A stretch of 64,000 nt of DNA from Octopus vulgaris. Its lineage: Eukaryota. The stretch covers positions 2,046,001 through 2,110,000 of the forward strand of contig OX597817.1 of assembly GCA_951406725.2 (NCBI GenBank), given 5' to 3'. The stretch's first letter is position 1. Every line of letters starts with the position of its first letter. The translations under genes and the position numbers were made by a program. Positions 1-14,680 of this stretch are shown here, piece by piece. Below the pieces are notes generated by a model. That model made no database searches and was not told where the DNA came from. It saw only the letters and a program-made list of their open reading frames with translations.

Positions 1-64
1 TATGTATGTAGGCATGTATGTATGTGTGTGCGTGTGTGTGTGTATTATATATAGATAGATACAG

Positions 65-106
<42 letters not shown>

Positions 107-619
107 AATTGGACATGGGCGATCGTTGTATTCTTTCTTGTCTTGAGGTTCATACCCAAACGGCTGTGTGGATTCGCGTGAAAAATGGCACACATGTAGA
201 GACTGCTTTATAGATTGGAATGCGATTTGTATTTTTTCCTAGCCCCCATAGTTGCCGAGAAAATTGATTAAAACTTTTCTAATGGAATTCCCCTCTTTGT
301 TCCGCCATTAAAACAACCAATTGCTCACACAGCCGGCATATTCCATTTCGCTACCAACAAGGTGGGAGTACAGGATGACAGTCAGCCAAAACTTTGGATT
401 TCTTCTTTCACCTGTTTGTGGGGTTAATAATCTAAATCTTTAGTTACAGTTTCTCATCCAAACTAAATAATTGACAGAATTGTCGGATTAAGACAGTAGG
501 GTGTTTTGAGGGAGATTTGGCTGCTATTTCTACCAGGTCTAGCTACCATGTACAGGTCTAAACTTAATTTTCATTCACATATGCCTAACCGAACGAAAAC
601 GGTCACAGCCACATCATCC

Positions 620-652
620 AAATAGAGCAGGTGAAACCGGGCTTAGCTGCTA

Positions 653-653
<1 letters not shown>
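620..653 (+). mobile_element. Helitron-like 3' terminus (5' end not located)
   Basis: gagcaggtgaaaccgggcttagctgCTAG|T resembles the 3' end at 10319-10344 (gagcaacgccgggcgatactgCTAG|T) and abuts a TA microsatellite. Confidence 0.45.
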
Positions 654-697
<44 letters not shown>

Positions 698-1673
698 TAC
701 AATCACACACACACACACATACATAAAGATATAAACAGCGAATTAGGTCATTAAAAATATAAAACCTGCTGCTACTAAAACTAGTAGACAACAATTTTCA
801 ATATACCAACGGAATGTTATGATAATGTAAATGATACCTTTGTAAAACATTTCTCATACTGGTTGTAGCTTTTCTAGATCTTAAAGAATTAGAATGTTAA
901 TGTGGTTTCAGTTAAAAATTTTAGAATATTCTCCTTTTTTATTTCTGATTTAACTATATTCTAAAAATGTGACCCACATATCAATTATCTGGTGCTAAAT
1001 TAGGTATCCTGCAGCCACAGGAGGTTTCATTTCAAGAAGTGTTGAAATTTAATTATTCAAGCGCACCAACATACGCAGACACACACATACAGCGAAACAC
1101 AAACAAACACACACAAATACACAGACACACATACACACTCAGCGTAACACAAACACAAAAAGTGAAGCACAAGAGTAAGGACTGTTTCCTTAAAGTCTTT
1201 GCTTTACGTTCATTATGAGATGTGTGCTGCATTGGTCCACCTAATGAAGCATCACCACCTTGCTGTTGCACATATACTTAAATGATTCTGATCTTCCATC
1301 CATGTTTATCTTCCACTGCATGTAATCGTTGTTCTCATTGATATCCAGTGAAATTTATTTACTGGCCAACCAATGTGATCATAGCCACTTCGCGAAGTGG
1401 GTGGTCACTAAGCGGTTTTCTTTACTTTTCCAGTGGTGTCCAGCAAAGTGAAATCCTCCTTCTATAACAGTATCTGGGGCGTTAGGTAACTTATTGCATA
1501 GTTCTAATTATTAGATTATGCATCAATATAGCAGAGTTATTAATAATGAAAAATGACAGTGTGCAGTAAGGAAAAATGATGTCTCAGATATCAGATATCA
1601 GTAGCTGGAATAAGAACTACGATGAATGCTAGCGATAAAAAAAGCATGAATTTGTGTGGTGTATTCCACTTAA

Positions 1674-1737
1674 TCTATTATAATAAAAGCGAAATTCTGT
1701 CTGTGTGGGGTCCCTGTATCTCACTGTACATTTGCTC

Positions 1738-1817
<80 letters not shown>

Positions 1818-2162
1818 TATATAAATCCTTTTGGAATCAGGATGATCACGGGATAGAAAAGCTGCCCTTCATATGGTGCTAGAAATCCAGCATTGGGATT
1901 TGATTTAAAAGCACTTTGCTATTTCTAGCAAGTAAAGTTTAACTGATTCACGCAATCTTGCTTGGCGTTTGTCAGAGGACATCAGAGATCAAGGGGGGAG
2001 ATAAATGACATTCGCTTCGTTAATTTTACGTCGAGATAAGAACTATGAGAAAAATTGGTCAACAGCTGGAATTCAAATTAGGACTAGAAGAATAGAATGA
2101 TTGCATTAATCCTCATCCGTCCTTCACCTCTGGTCAAATACGACCGGGTATATAATCACTAT
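1674..2162 (+). mobile_element. Degenerate non-autonomous Helitron-like element
   Basis: The 5' end A|TCtattataataaaagcgaaattctgtctgtgt resembles the 5' end at 9950. A subterminal hairpin ctggtc-aaatac-gaccgg (2130-2147) is followed about 11 nt later by CTA(t), a degraded CTAG. Confidence 0.4.
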
Positions 2163-2529
2163 AAACGTATTATAGTCATGCTATTTGGCTCTCTTTATTT
2201 TCAGGCTTCAGGCTCAATTAGCACTCCGCACGAGCTAGTGTAAGAGTCCGCACGGATTACGGCTTTTAGGCTAATTATAAATAAATGCTACGCATAAATA
2301 CAATTGACCGTAGCGCTGAATGGAAATGAGTACGTAATATACTATTTTGCAGTTGCGTAATGTGGCAAATAAGTCGTATGGGTTGTAGTGGTTTCGTGTA
2401 AGACGATTGAATGAATGATAGTTATTTTATCGACTTAGTGTGGATGAGATGCAAAGATAACCCGGGAAATAGAGAAAACTGAATAACAATTTCTTATGCA
2501 GGAAGAAGGCCTGGCAATTTCAGAAATTG

Positions 2530-3012
<483 letters not shown>

Positions 3013-3804
3013 ACCACTCAAATACTGTTTACAGTCTTTGGATTATTTGATTGGTAGTTTATTTTATCGAATCCGGTAGTACGAAAAGCAAAACTGAATT
3101 CAACATGATTTGAATTTTAAGTGCTGGAATTAATAGAATTAAGTATTTTGTCCGACACCCTAAAGATCCTGTGAATATGCCGTTGAAAAACTAAATAATG
3201 CAAAATATTCAGTTCTGTGTTTCTACTACACTATCTAATTTGTGAAAATTGTTCAATTAATATTTGAATAATTAACTTATAGCGACTTAGAGTGTTTGAA
3301 GTGGCAGAGTTGGCTAAGAGAAAATTACTTCAATTCGTTTCTCCTCCAAGAAAATACTGAAATCTCTATGCAAAACCTTTGAAAACAACATCAGTCAATA
3401 AGGCAACACCTAGGCGATCCCTTAATCTGTTAGAAATAACAGATAAATCACAGTCTACTCGCTTAAGTAAGAAAATGATAGACTGAACAATGCAGTCCTG
3501 TATAACACTAAAAAACGAGATGATCACGACTGGAACGCGTCTGATCAAAGATTTACTCCATCAGGGTCAGAAACTCTAGGAAATGGGGGAATGAGCCATT
3601 GCATGTTCACTCGAACAGCTAAAAACAGCAACCAAATTTCTTACAAATCATACCCTGCCGTCATAAAATTGGAAGGACACATTGGAAAATGTAATCCTGA
3701 ATAAAAGGTGGGATGGTTACAACTGGGACGTTCATATTTGAAGGTCAGATAGATCTGACATGGAACTGAACCACAAGAAGCAGCATAACGCCACCACTAC
3801 CACC

Positions 3805-3836
<32 letters not shown>

Positions 3837-4759
3837 TGACGACGACGACGACAACAACAACAACGATAACTTCCCAAATGACCTCGTATTTATTTCTTCC
3901 TATACTTAATAACATCGCTGTTATTACTGCATCTTGAATGCTGCTGGGGCATCCGATGCAGATGGGAACGTAATTATCGAATATTATTTGAAAAGCAGGA
4001 AAAAAGGAAACAAAAGCGAAGCGTAATATACCTGGCAAGTGATGGAATGCCAATACTCTAACTTAAATATTTGACAATTAATGTTTTAAAATTATTTGAT
4101 GAAACATAAATACGGAAATATGGTTGCTGCTGTTGTTACGATTGTTGTTGAAGCCAGGACATTACTGATGGAGGAAGCCAATGATCAAATACACTCCAGT
4201 CGTGACCAGTCCTGTTTGCTTGGGCAGAATACTTAGGATCATATTATGTAATGATTCCTTCCTATTTTTTTTAAATGGTAGTTTGCCTATAGTTTGAGGG
4301 AGATTGATCGACCAGGTTGCTTTGGGTGTTGCTTTCATTATCCAGTGTTGGCCTTGTTGAAATCGCTTCATTTAGCAGAGCCACAAGTAATCTCAAGTAA
4401 ATGGCATTGAAAAATATTTTGTTGTTCAGTCAAATTCAATACTTGATTGGTGTTATTTTATCGATCTCAGAAAGATAAAAGCTAAGTAAACTACTACAGG
4501 AAATGATCTCAGAAAATAAAAGGGCATAACTCAAAACCTTAAGAAATTTTTTTCAACGTTTTCCTGACTAAGTAAGTCATCCATCAACCTGAATATAAAT
4601 ATAAATATATCCAGCGCAGACCAGACAAATCTATGATCAAAAGCATTCTAGTTCTGACCATCTCGTTTATTTTTTATCCGGTAGTGTCTCGGTGTGTATA
4701 CTACATACTACATTATCTAACGTGTTATTTCTCTTTCAAAACTTGGCTTTTGAAGGATG

Positions 4760-4920
<161 letters not shown>

Positions 4921-5405
4921 TTTGGTATTTCAACTAATGTCCGAGCACGGGTGGTAAGCCTCACATGCCATCCGCTTTAATACAATATATCCAGATTTCG
5001 GGGCGAATGGTATCATGAACTTTTGCAGTGTTAATTCCTATTTCACTTTCCACAGGAGAGACAACGCCAAGTAGAAAATGAAGTCGGACATTTAGGTAAA
5101 ATCCCGGTCGACTGCTCTAATAACTAACGCATAATTATATTTTCTCTTCTCTTTCTCATCTAGAGCCTCAGTGAGCAAAACATTTCGAGAAACTCCTCTA
5201 TGGCTACTGACAAACAGACACAATACTTGGAAGGATCGCAGTAAGGGTCAGTGTCAACGAATGATTTGTCGTCATCTCTATCGCATTGAAACGAAATGAC
5301 TCTGAACCAGCCAAAACAAAACCCAATACTTAAAAATATGCTACAAAATAACGCTAACTCAACAGAATAACGCGTCCTCTTTTTCAGAAGTATTGGCTCG
5401 TGTTA

Positions 5406-5820
5406 GGGCGGCGAGCTGGCAGAAACGTTAGCACGCCGGGCGAAATGCGTAGCCGTGTTTCGTCTGCCGTTACGTTCTGAGTTCAAATTCCGCCGAGGTC
5501 GACTTTGCCTTTCATCCTTTTGGGGTCGATAAATTAAGTACCAGTTACGCACTGGGGTCGATGTAATCGACTTAATCCGTTTGTCTATCCTTGTTTGTCC
5601 TCTCTGTGTTTAGCCCCTTGTGGGTAGTAAAGAAATAGGTATTTCGTCTGCCGCTACGTCCTGAGTTCAAATTCCGCCGAGGTCGACTTTGGCTTCTATC
5701 CATTCGGAGTCGATTAAATAAGTACCAGTTATGCCGTGGGGTCGATGTAATCGATTTAATCCGTTTGTCTGTCCTTATTTGTCCCCTCTATGTTTAGCCC
5801 TTTGTGGGCAATAAAGAAAC
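5406..5820 (+). mobile_element. tRNA-derived SINE, family A, dimeric form with target-site duplication
   Basis: Head ggcggcgagctggcagaaacgttag, B box gagttcaaattcc and central gcctttcatcctttyggggtcgataaattaagtaccag. The 3' part is repeated at ~5638-5820. Flanked by a 13-bp direct repeat tattggctcgtgt (5391-5403 / 5824-5836). Confidence 0.9.
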
Positions 5821-6012
5821 GAATATTGGCTCGTGTACTCTCCTCTTCTCGCAGTAACCACCTGTTATGAAGATCTATGAGGCATAAATTTCTCATCTCA
5901 CCTTACATACACACACATACATACACATGTATGTATGTATATATGTATGTATGTATGTATATGTATGAATATGCATATATGTACGCATATTTCTGTATGT
6001 ATGTATGTATGT

Positions 6013-6073
<61 letters not shown>

Positions 6074-7209
6074 TAACATGCACATATGTATTTACTCACA
6101 CAAACATATACACAAATCAGTGAGGTAGATAGCTAGCTAGATAAACAGACATACACATATACATATACGCACTTGACAAAGAAAATGTTGAGAGTAACTT
6201 CGAAGATTCAAGTTACTGGCCATTGTCCTGTCTTACATTTAGGTTGTTTGAGCAGGTGGACCGAGATATATGAAAATTAAATGTGATATAAACGAATTTG
6301 TAGGCAGAAGAGGGAAGAGTAAGAAGAGCAGATGTTGTGAGGGGAAGGAAGAGTGGCGGGAACTTTTTACTGGTTTGATCGAGTAATTTTCAGTTTAACC
6401 AGCCATGTATGTTAGGGCAAGCTGTATGAAGTAAACTTATACAGGGGTTCATGTAACAGAAGTGTCCTATTCAAATCAGTATTGGTGATAGCTGAATGCT
6501 TTCTTATGACTGATCCAGATTCATTGTATAGAGGATTGTGTTGTGGAATTTTCGGGTTGATAAAAGAATGTTTATAGATAACACTAGTTCGATTAGTAAC
6601 AGAGTGCAAGTTAGATAGAGGTCAAAACTTGTTAATGCAACAAGTTGTTTTTTTAAAGCAAAAATCCGTTCAACTGGCTTTAAAAAAAAGAACTTGGATC
6701 GAAATAAGCTTTGCTACTATAGATTGCATATTCAGGCATTCCAATATATTCATAACAGAGTCATTGCAGATGTATTAATATACACATATGTAGTTATGTA
6801 ACCACGTATATATATACCAACATATCCCAATAAATGTATATAGATGATGAATATTAATCTAGAAATAAATACAGACACACAAGCAAACATACATATGTAG
6901 AGACATATATACACAGATGCATGCCTATACGCATATATGTGTTTATGTATATATATATGTGTGTGTGTGTGTGTGCGTATGTGTGTGTATGTGAGTGTGT
7001 ATTTAATATTTGGTGTTGTCGATCAATTTCTTTAGAAAAAAAAACCCAAAAGCATTTACTGATGGTAGTACACAATACATTTAATAGAGCCAAATTGCTA
7101 TTAATTTTAATTATTGCCAGGAATTCAAATTTCGCCATATCGGTTTGTTCAACTGATTGAATCGCCAAATATTAAAATTTGCAAGTATGGAACTTGGAGT
7201 AGCTTGAAG

Positions 7210-7269
<60 letters not shown>

Positions 7270-7279
7270 ATATATCGCT

Positions 7280-7450
7280 AGCCACCACACATTCTTTATT
7301 TTCTCTCCTTGTTTCTTTCTGTGTTCCTTTCTGTGGAAGAGCATAAGTTCAAAACATTAAAGACTTTTTCACTTCCCAAGCATTAAACTAATACATCTGT
7401 TTGTCGTTTACACCACCTGTCTTTGTCTTTTGTTTTTTTGTGAAATCTCT
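7280..7450 (+). mobile_element. Penelope-like pLTR-type fragment with a decayed hammerhead motif
   Basis: Reverse-complement homologue of 25915-26100. Contains cttt-ctgtgga-a-gagc-ataa-gttc-aaaa-catt-aaag (7327-7362). Confidence 0.55.
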
Positions 7451-7455
7451 CTCTT

Positions 7456-7495
<40 letters not shown>

Positions 7496-9949
7496 ATGGT
7501 ATGTAAAGGAAAGAACCAAGGATTCAGGTGCAGGAAGTTAGTAAACTTCGAGCAGTCCGTAGAAGGCATAAAAAGCAACTTTCAGGAACAGTAGTGCTTT
7601 ATTGGAATAGAAGGTTGTAAAGTTTTTCCCATATCGAAGTTCGATAAGTTGAAAAAAGTTATTTTACAACTTACAGTTACCAACTGGGGTCGCCGTGTAT
7701 GCGAATAAAAATCCAAATTTAGGGAATGGAACAGGTAAAATCTCGGCTACATATGATTCCTCGGAAGTAGTAATTACTCAACGAGGCATACTCCACAGTT
7801 AACCATATATAAAAAAAAATATATATATATATATGAATAAATGAAAGAATGGAGTCGAACGAAGATGTTAACACAATTCCTTCACCCACTTAAATATGTA
7901 TATATATAAGCTAAAAAGCTGGTTCTAAAACCTCTCTAAGAGATGATCGCAGCTAGAGATGCCATCTTGGGGTTAAAAAATCGCAGTAAATTCCAATCGA
8001 ACGGAACAGCCATGTTGAAGTGTATTTTCTTTTACCTAAATCTAGGGACTTTTCAGCTCCCCACCTCACGTAGCATAGTGTAATTAAGTACCAGAATGAC
8101 TTGCTCAAGAAATATTACACGAAGGCGCAATCTACTACTTTTCTAACTTCCCAGTAGATAATGAGACTCACTTTTACCAGTGATTACCACGCGTAAAAAG
8201 GAGAGGAAGAGAGAGAAAGAGAGAGAGAGAGAGAGGAGTAGAAAGAGAGAGAAGAGAGAGAGAGAGAGAGGAGGTGAAAGGTTGAGTGATTGATTGCGTA
8301 AATGGGCTTCAGCTGTAGATAGAAGCGATATCTTAAAGTCAGCTCACTACGGTTATTCCTGTTTCTCATCCCATATATGTTTCGAAAGATATACCCACAG
8401 GAATGTTATTATACCCTTTGCTCAATTCCTCGTAGATGCAATACAACCGAGTAGTTAAGAAATTCGCTTCGCATCCATGAAGTCCTGAACATGATCACTC
8501 CACATAGCAAACATCATTTGCTATAGCCTTGAGCTAAGCCATACTTTGTCAGTGTAATTAGATAGACGGGAATACATCAATTTGTATAAAAGTACGTCAA
8601 CCTGTAATTCAAAAAGTATAGTCTTATTGCAGTCTGTCCCGCCGATTCTGGAAAGTAACATTTATCCGTGCAATGTCCAAACGCTTGCATGTTAATTCAG
8701 GAGCTGATTGCTCATTTGACCAAGCGACTGGATCTGCCTCGTCATAGAGCGTCTGAGAACCACCATCACTACCAACAACTTTACTACGACCACCTTTAAG
8801 CTCGCAATCATATTTAGTCAAAATTTCCTGCAGTGATGAGAAATAGCATAGAATAATGTCTAGAATAATGCCTTAATTTCCTTTACTTTTGTGAATGTAA
8901 TCTATCTGGGAATTATCATTTGTTTATTTGCTAATCTTTTTAGCAACTTCCCATAATATATTTTTAAATAGAAATTCGTGACAGGAAACGTATGATTCAC
9001 TGCTTTAAGGTGTGGCTCATATTTATCAGCAAATTTAGTGACATGTTTTGCAAGATTGCCTGGGTGACAAAAATCAGCCAAACCCTTGTCTAAATATAAA
9101 CAGGAAACTGGAGATATCCTTAAAATGGTTAAGGATTCACATTTTTTTAAGGAAATTATCTGGCCTGCTCAAAATTGGAGCTCTACTAGTGACAATAGTT
9201 TTGTCTAAGAATTCAGTGATTGAAAAGGTATTGCTAGGTCACTGTTTTTTGTTATGGTGAATCAGTAGCTCTTGAAGAAGGTCACTGAAATTATTTTGAA
9301 AGTAACTATTCTGGCTGTCCTCGTGAAAAACCTGAACGGAACCCAACTCACCATTGTTCAAATAAACCACTAATCCTTTATAGAATGCGAGGTCTGACAT
9401 TCCATCCATTACTGTTGGAGCAGTTGCAGTGAGCGCCTGGAAACATTGCAGATTCCAAACTCTAAATCTCGGCTTGTGCTTCACCGAGGACCGTAGATTT
9501 TTCTGAGAGACGAGCAACGGAAAGACGTGTCGCAACTATAGAAATCTATCTACTAGTGTTAACCTTAGTGCGTGCCAGAGCGTCATCTGCGACAGTTTTT
9601 CGGAATGTCATGGAGGCAATTTTTAGCAGTAGACAAATTTTTCAGAAAGTGGATCCTAATTGCTTTAACTGGACTCTTCAGTTCCCTAACAAAAGCCGGT
9701 GCCCTTCATCGTATTGTGATTCTAGAGGCCCACTGATTTGCCCTGGTTAATACATGCACACATTCCTTCTTCGTAATTCTGCTGTATGTCATTGACATCC
9801 ACGATTTCCGCCGGTTTCTAATACAAACAGCAGACCACAAATTTCGTGGAAAGCCGGATCAATAATGTTGACATCAGTATTTGAAAGATACTTGTTTTAT
9901 CGATCAGAGAATAATGTAACTAAAGTAAATAGATAAACAAATAAATAAA

Positions 9950-10343
9950 TCTCTCTCTATATAAAGCTGAAGTTGTCTGTGTAAGGCAAGTTTGGTAGTC
10001 TTCAACTAACACTAACTTCTCCGAGTCCCTGTTTGCGCAAGTTGACCAAAATTGAGAGTATGATAGAAGAAGGCTTGCTCTTCCTTCCGTAGAAGAAAAA
10101 ATTCAAATCGAACCGTGTTAAGACCAAAAATTATTTACATCAAAAAGGTACTGTTTTTCTATGAAAATCCCTATTTTTTTACGATTTTTTGACTGCTGTG
10201 TCGCCATTTTTCGGTGTATTTCAACCAGAAAAATGTTCACTTAAAGAGAATAACAAGCTACATTATGCAGAAGTTTTACTTTTCAAAAATTCCAATTTTA
10301 AAGGGTCGAAACAAACCAGAGCAACGCCGGGCGATACTGCTAG
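9950..10343 (+). mobile_element. Non-autonomous Helitron
   Basis: A|TC start (tctctctctatataaagctgaagttgtc), a GC-rich subterminal segment and a CTAG|T end, with no TSD. These are canonical Helitron termini. Confidence 0.75.
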
Positions 10344-10719
10344 TAAACAGATAAATCTCGCGCGGGATTTGAACTCAGAATGTAAATAAATCAAAGCATT
10401 CATTTCAATCCATTACACGAAATATTTTGTCACACTACGTAAGTGATAAAAATATAACAAGTTATACCACCAAAACTTCAAGCACAATAGAAACCACTGC
10501 TGCTACTCCTACTGCTGGAGGCTTGTTTTGGTGTTACTAATACTACGGAAACAACAAATACACCAACATTTACAAAACGTCATTCACCTGTGAAGGTATT
10601 TTAGCCCAACGAACAGATTTGTAACTAAGTGTTTTCATATGGAGACTGCTACCATTACCAACTTATCAAGTTAATCAGCCGGTGAATATTTCCAGGTAAA
10701 ACTTAATCTGCGTTCAAGT

Positions 10720-11130
<411 letters not shown>

Positions 11131-11313
11131 CTGTATGCATGTATGCATATATATGTGAATGTATATGCAAATATTGATATGTACATATATAGTATATATA
11201 TAGATATATAAATATACCTATGCATATATACACACACGCACACATATACATACATACATACATACACACACACATATATAGATATAGATAGAAATAGATA
11301 TATGTGTATGTGT

Positions 11314-11347
<34 letters not shown>

Positions 11348-11495
11348 CTCATTTCTACAATTGAGTGAACTGTGGCAAAGTGAAAATAAAGTGTCTTGCT
11401 CAAGAACACAATACCCAGCCCAGTCCTGGAATCGAACTCACTAACTCATGGTTATGAGCCTGACACAATAACCACCGAGACCTGCGCCTTCACCG

Positions 11496-11562
<67 letters not shown>

Positions 11563-11593
11563 TTTAGTCCTTTGCCTGTTTCAGCCCAAAAGC

Positions 11594-11807
11594 TTCGTTA
11601 ATCGAAGGGCGGCGAGCCGGTGGAATTGTCACCACGCCCGGCAAAATCCTCAGGGGAATTTCGTCCGTCTTTACGTTCTGAGCTCAAATTCTGCCGAAGT
11701 ATACTTTACCTTTCATCCTCTCGGGGTCGATAAATTAAGTACCAGTTTATCATAGAGTCGATGTAATTGACTTATGTCATCCCTCGAAACTGTTGGCCTT
11801 GTACTAA
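11594..11807 (+). mobile_element. SINE family A copy (left arm of an inverted pair)
   Basis: Family A head and core; near-identical inverted copy at 13322-13535. Confidence 0.85.
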
Positions 11808-11924
11808 CTGTTGGCCAGTACAGGCGCGCGTACGCGCGTGCATACACACACTTACGTACATATGTATGCATGCATGCATGTGTGTATGTATGTGTGTATG
11901 TATGTATGTATGTATGTATGTATG

Positions 11925-11955
<31 letters not shown>

Positions 11956-11977
11956 GTATGTATCTATCTATCTATGT

Positions 11978-12615
11978 CAGGTCACTTTCGTGTGCTACTG
12001 GTAGCATGTAACCCAGTACAACCTGTTGCATGGTCGGGCCGTCGGCGTCTAAACCGGCAACCCCACCAAGCTTGCTTGGTGAGGAGGGTGTTTATTGGAC
12101 ACCCTGCGGCATGAAAAACAAAACCCGTCAAAAGGCGGAGAATCAACAGCCATCCAATAAATGTTTTAAGGGTGTATCATGCGCGGGGACATAGAAATAA
12201 TCGGACTGAATACCCGATCGCGCGGTTAAACCATTGGGAGTGAAAGACTCCTAGCCTTTGTTAGGGCATCCTTCTAGGAGAAGGTAACTCGGGTAACTGG
12301 GATAACTCCGACAAAAAACCTGCGGCTCAGTGGTTTCCGATGATGTTGACTTGTTCTTCTTTTCGGATTATGGCTGCTGTTGCTTAGTTGAGTGGGATTG
12401 ACTCAGCGCACAGCCTTTCCTCACTTTAAAAAAATCTTCCTGCACAGGCATTGCACGATAGCAACATTGTTCATGATTGTTGATAGTGCTGTGAGTCTCA
12501 ACTGAATGGCTGGCTGTAGCCTTAAAAAGCAAATAAATGTCACATTCGATCTCAGCACCAATAACAGGTAAGCTTCGTGCAATGGTCATACTCGATAACG
12601 AGGGGGCAACCATCA
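11978..12615. repeat. Unclassified interspersed repeat; second, truncated copy at 63251-63557
   Basis: 12226-12613 aligns closely with 63251-63557, which has an internal deletion. Both copies adjoin (TATG)n. Confidence 0.8.
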
Positions 12616-12928
12616 TGTATGTATATGAATTGAACAATTAACGAACTAAGAGACTAAAAGAGAATGGTCAGTGACATGTATATAAGGAGCAGAGGAGATA
12701 CGAATACATATATACCAAATACCATTCATTGTCAATTCTTAATTTATCTACGCTCATCTGCAGACAAAAGCCTTAATGGTGTGTCAGCTGCGGAGAATTA
12801 GTTGAGGCTTGAAATTGTCTCCCCTTCTCAAGTAGAGCCGGTCTCAAATGATATTTGGTAATTGTAGTACACTTTCTAGAGGTGGTGATGATTTCTATAA
12901 ATCAAATATTTACTATGCAAGCATATGA

Positions 12929-12969
<41 letters not shown>

Positions 12970-13321
12970 TACTCACTCAGATACGCTACGTAAATAAGAA
13001 CTTTGTCCGAACGAGCGAGCGATGTTCTACATAGTTGCTCAATTTGCTAACAATAACTGTCAGTTTTTTTAAATCAAATTATTCTTTACGGTCTTTGCTC
13101 ATGTTTCCTCGATCAGCTTTTCATAACAGTCCGACATAAGAAATTTGTGAACTGCCACGTAAATAAAAGAGAACATAGCCGCTGTCACTTCGAATGATAG
13201 GTGTTTTCATGTGGTGGATCAATTTACTGAATTTTCATTCGATTGAATTATCCATTATGGGCTACCTGTAGTCCATGAGATTTTCTTAATGGTTCACCTA
13301 ACGGAAAATTGATTTCAAATA

Positions 13322-13535
13322 TTGGTACAAGGCCAACAGTTTCGAGGGATGACATAAGTCAATTACATCGACTCTATAATAAACTGGTACTTAATTTATC
13401 GACCCCGAGAGGATGAAAGGTAAAGTATACTTCGGCGGAATTCGAACTCAGAACGTAAAGACGGACGAAATTCCCCTGAGGATTTTGCCCTGCGTGTTGA
13501 CAATTCCGCCGGATCGCCGCCCTTCGCATAACGAA
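13322..13535 (-). mobile_element. SINE family A copy (right arm of the inverted pair)
   Basis: Reverse complement of 11594-11807 with about 12 mismatches by eye. Confidence 0.85.
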
Positions 13536-14680
13536 AAATTTCTATTAGATTTTTAGTAGCTATCTCTTGTACGGTCCGCTTCTCGAAAAATGTTGGTTAT
13601 CCCTGAATTATAGAGTTAGTGAGTGGGTATTCCACGGAATTATGAGCTCTTAAAATAGTCAATTATAAGGTTGAATCAGGGTGTCATAGTGCGTAAGAAA
13701 CCTGATCTCTTGACTTAGAATTGCAGTCAACGTTGAGGATTTCTATGCAATTTCTATTTTACCCAATTTCATTCGTGTGGTTTGCGTCAGTCCGTAGATG
13801 GAATAAAAGAAAAACTTATCTACACACACATACATACATACATACATACATACATACATACATACATACATACATACATACATACATACATACATACATA
13901 CATACATACACATACTGGTGGAACATTCCCAACAAAACATATACCAAGTGTAAGCAACATAAGTCGGACATTGTTGTTTGGGACAGACGAGAAAAAACTG
14001 TGTACCATCAAAGATTTCAACTGTCTCGCAGATGTGAATATCTCTTTGAAAACCAAAGAGAAAGTGGACAACCTCGAAACCACCAGCTTCTATCTCCAGA
14101 TTATAAATTCGCATTTATACCAATACAAATAGGTACACTTCGTTTTGGAGCAAATGCCTAAGTGACAATCTGGATAAACTAGGTTTTTTAGAAAAGGAAA
14201 TCAACCAACTCGCACATTACAAATACAATCTGTCAATGGAACAGTAAAAATATGCAAGACTTTTCTCAAATTTAAAATGTGACAGTGTTTATTTTTATTT
14301 ATATTGCAATGATGCAATGATGGAGCTATGTATCATTGTTAGGAACCAACTCCTTTCTAATAGGAAGAATTTAAATATGTAAAGACAGAAGAGAACATAT
14401 ATGAATGCATACATACATATATACATGCATGCATGTATGCATACATACGTACGTACATACATATACATACATACATGCATACATACATACATACATACAT
14501 ACATACATACATACATACATACATACATACATACATACATACAAAAGTAGATATAGAGGCAATTATGTGGATAAACAAATTAGATATATACATACAAATG
14601 TATATTTATGAACGCACACAATTGTGTGTGCATGTATATATTTGTATGTTTGCATGTATATGTATATATATATATATATA

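Noticed and set aside
3745-4053. 102-aa ORF with poly-Gly and poly-Val
   Set aside because: It is driven by a compound CCG/CGA/CAA trinucleotide repeat, with no other support.
11978-12065. HDV-like ribozyme at the start of the unclassified repeat
   Set aside because: I could not build the nested double pseudoknot by eye; a descriptor search would be needed.
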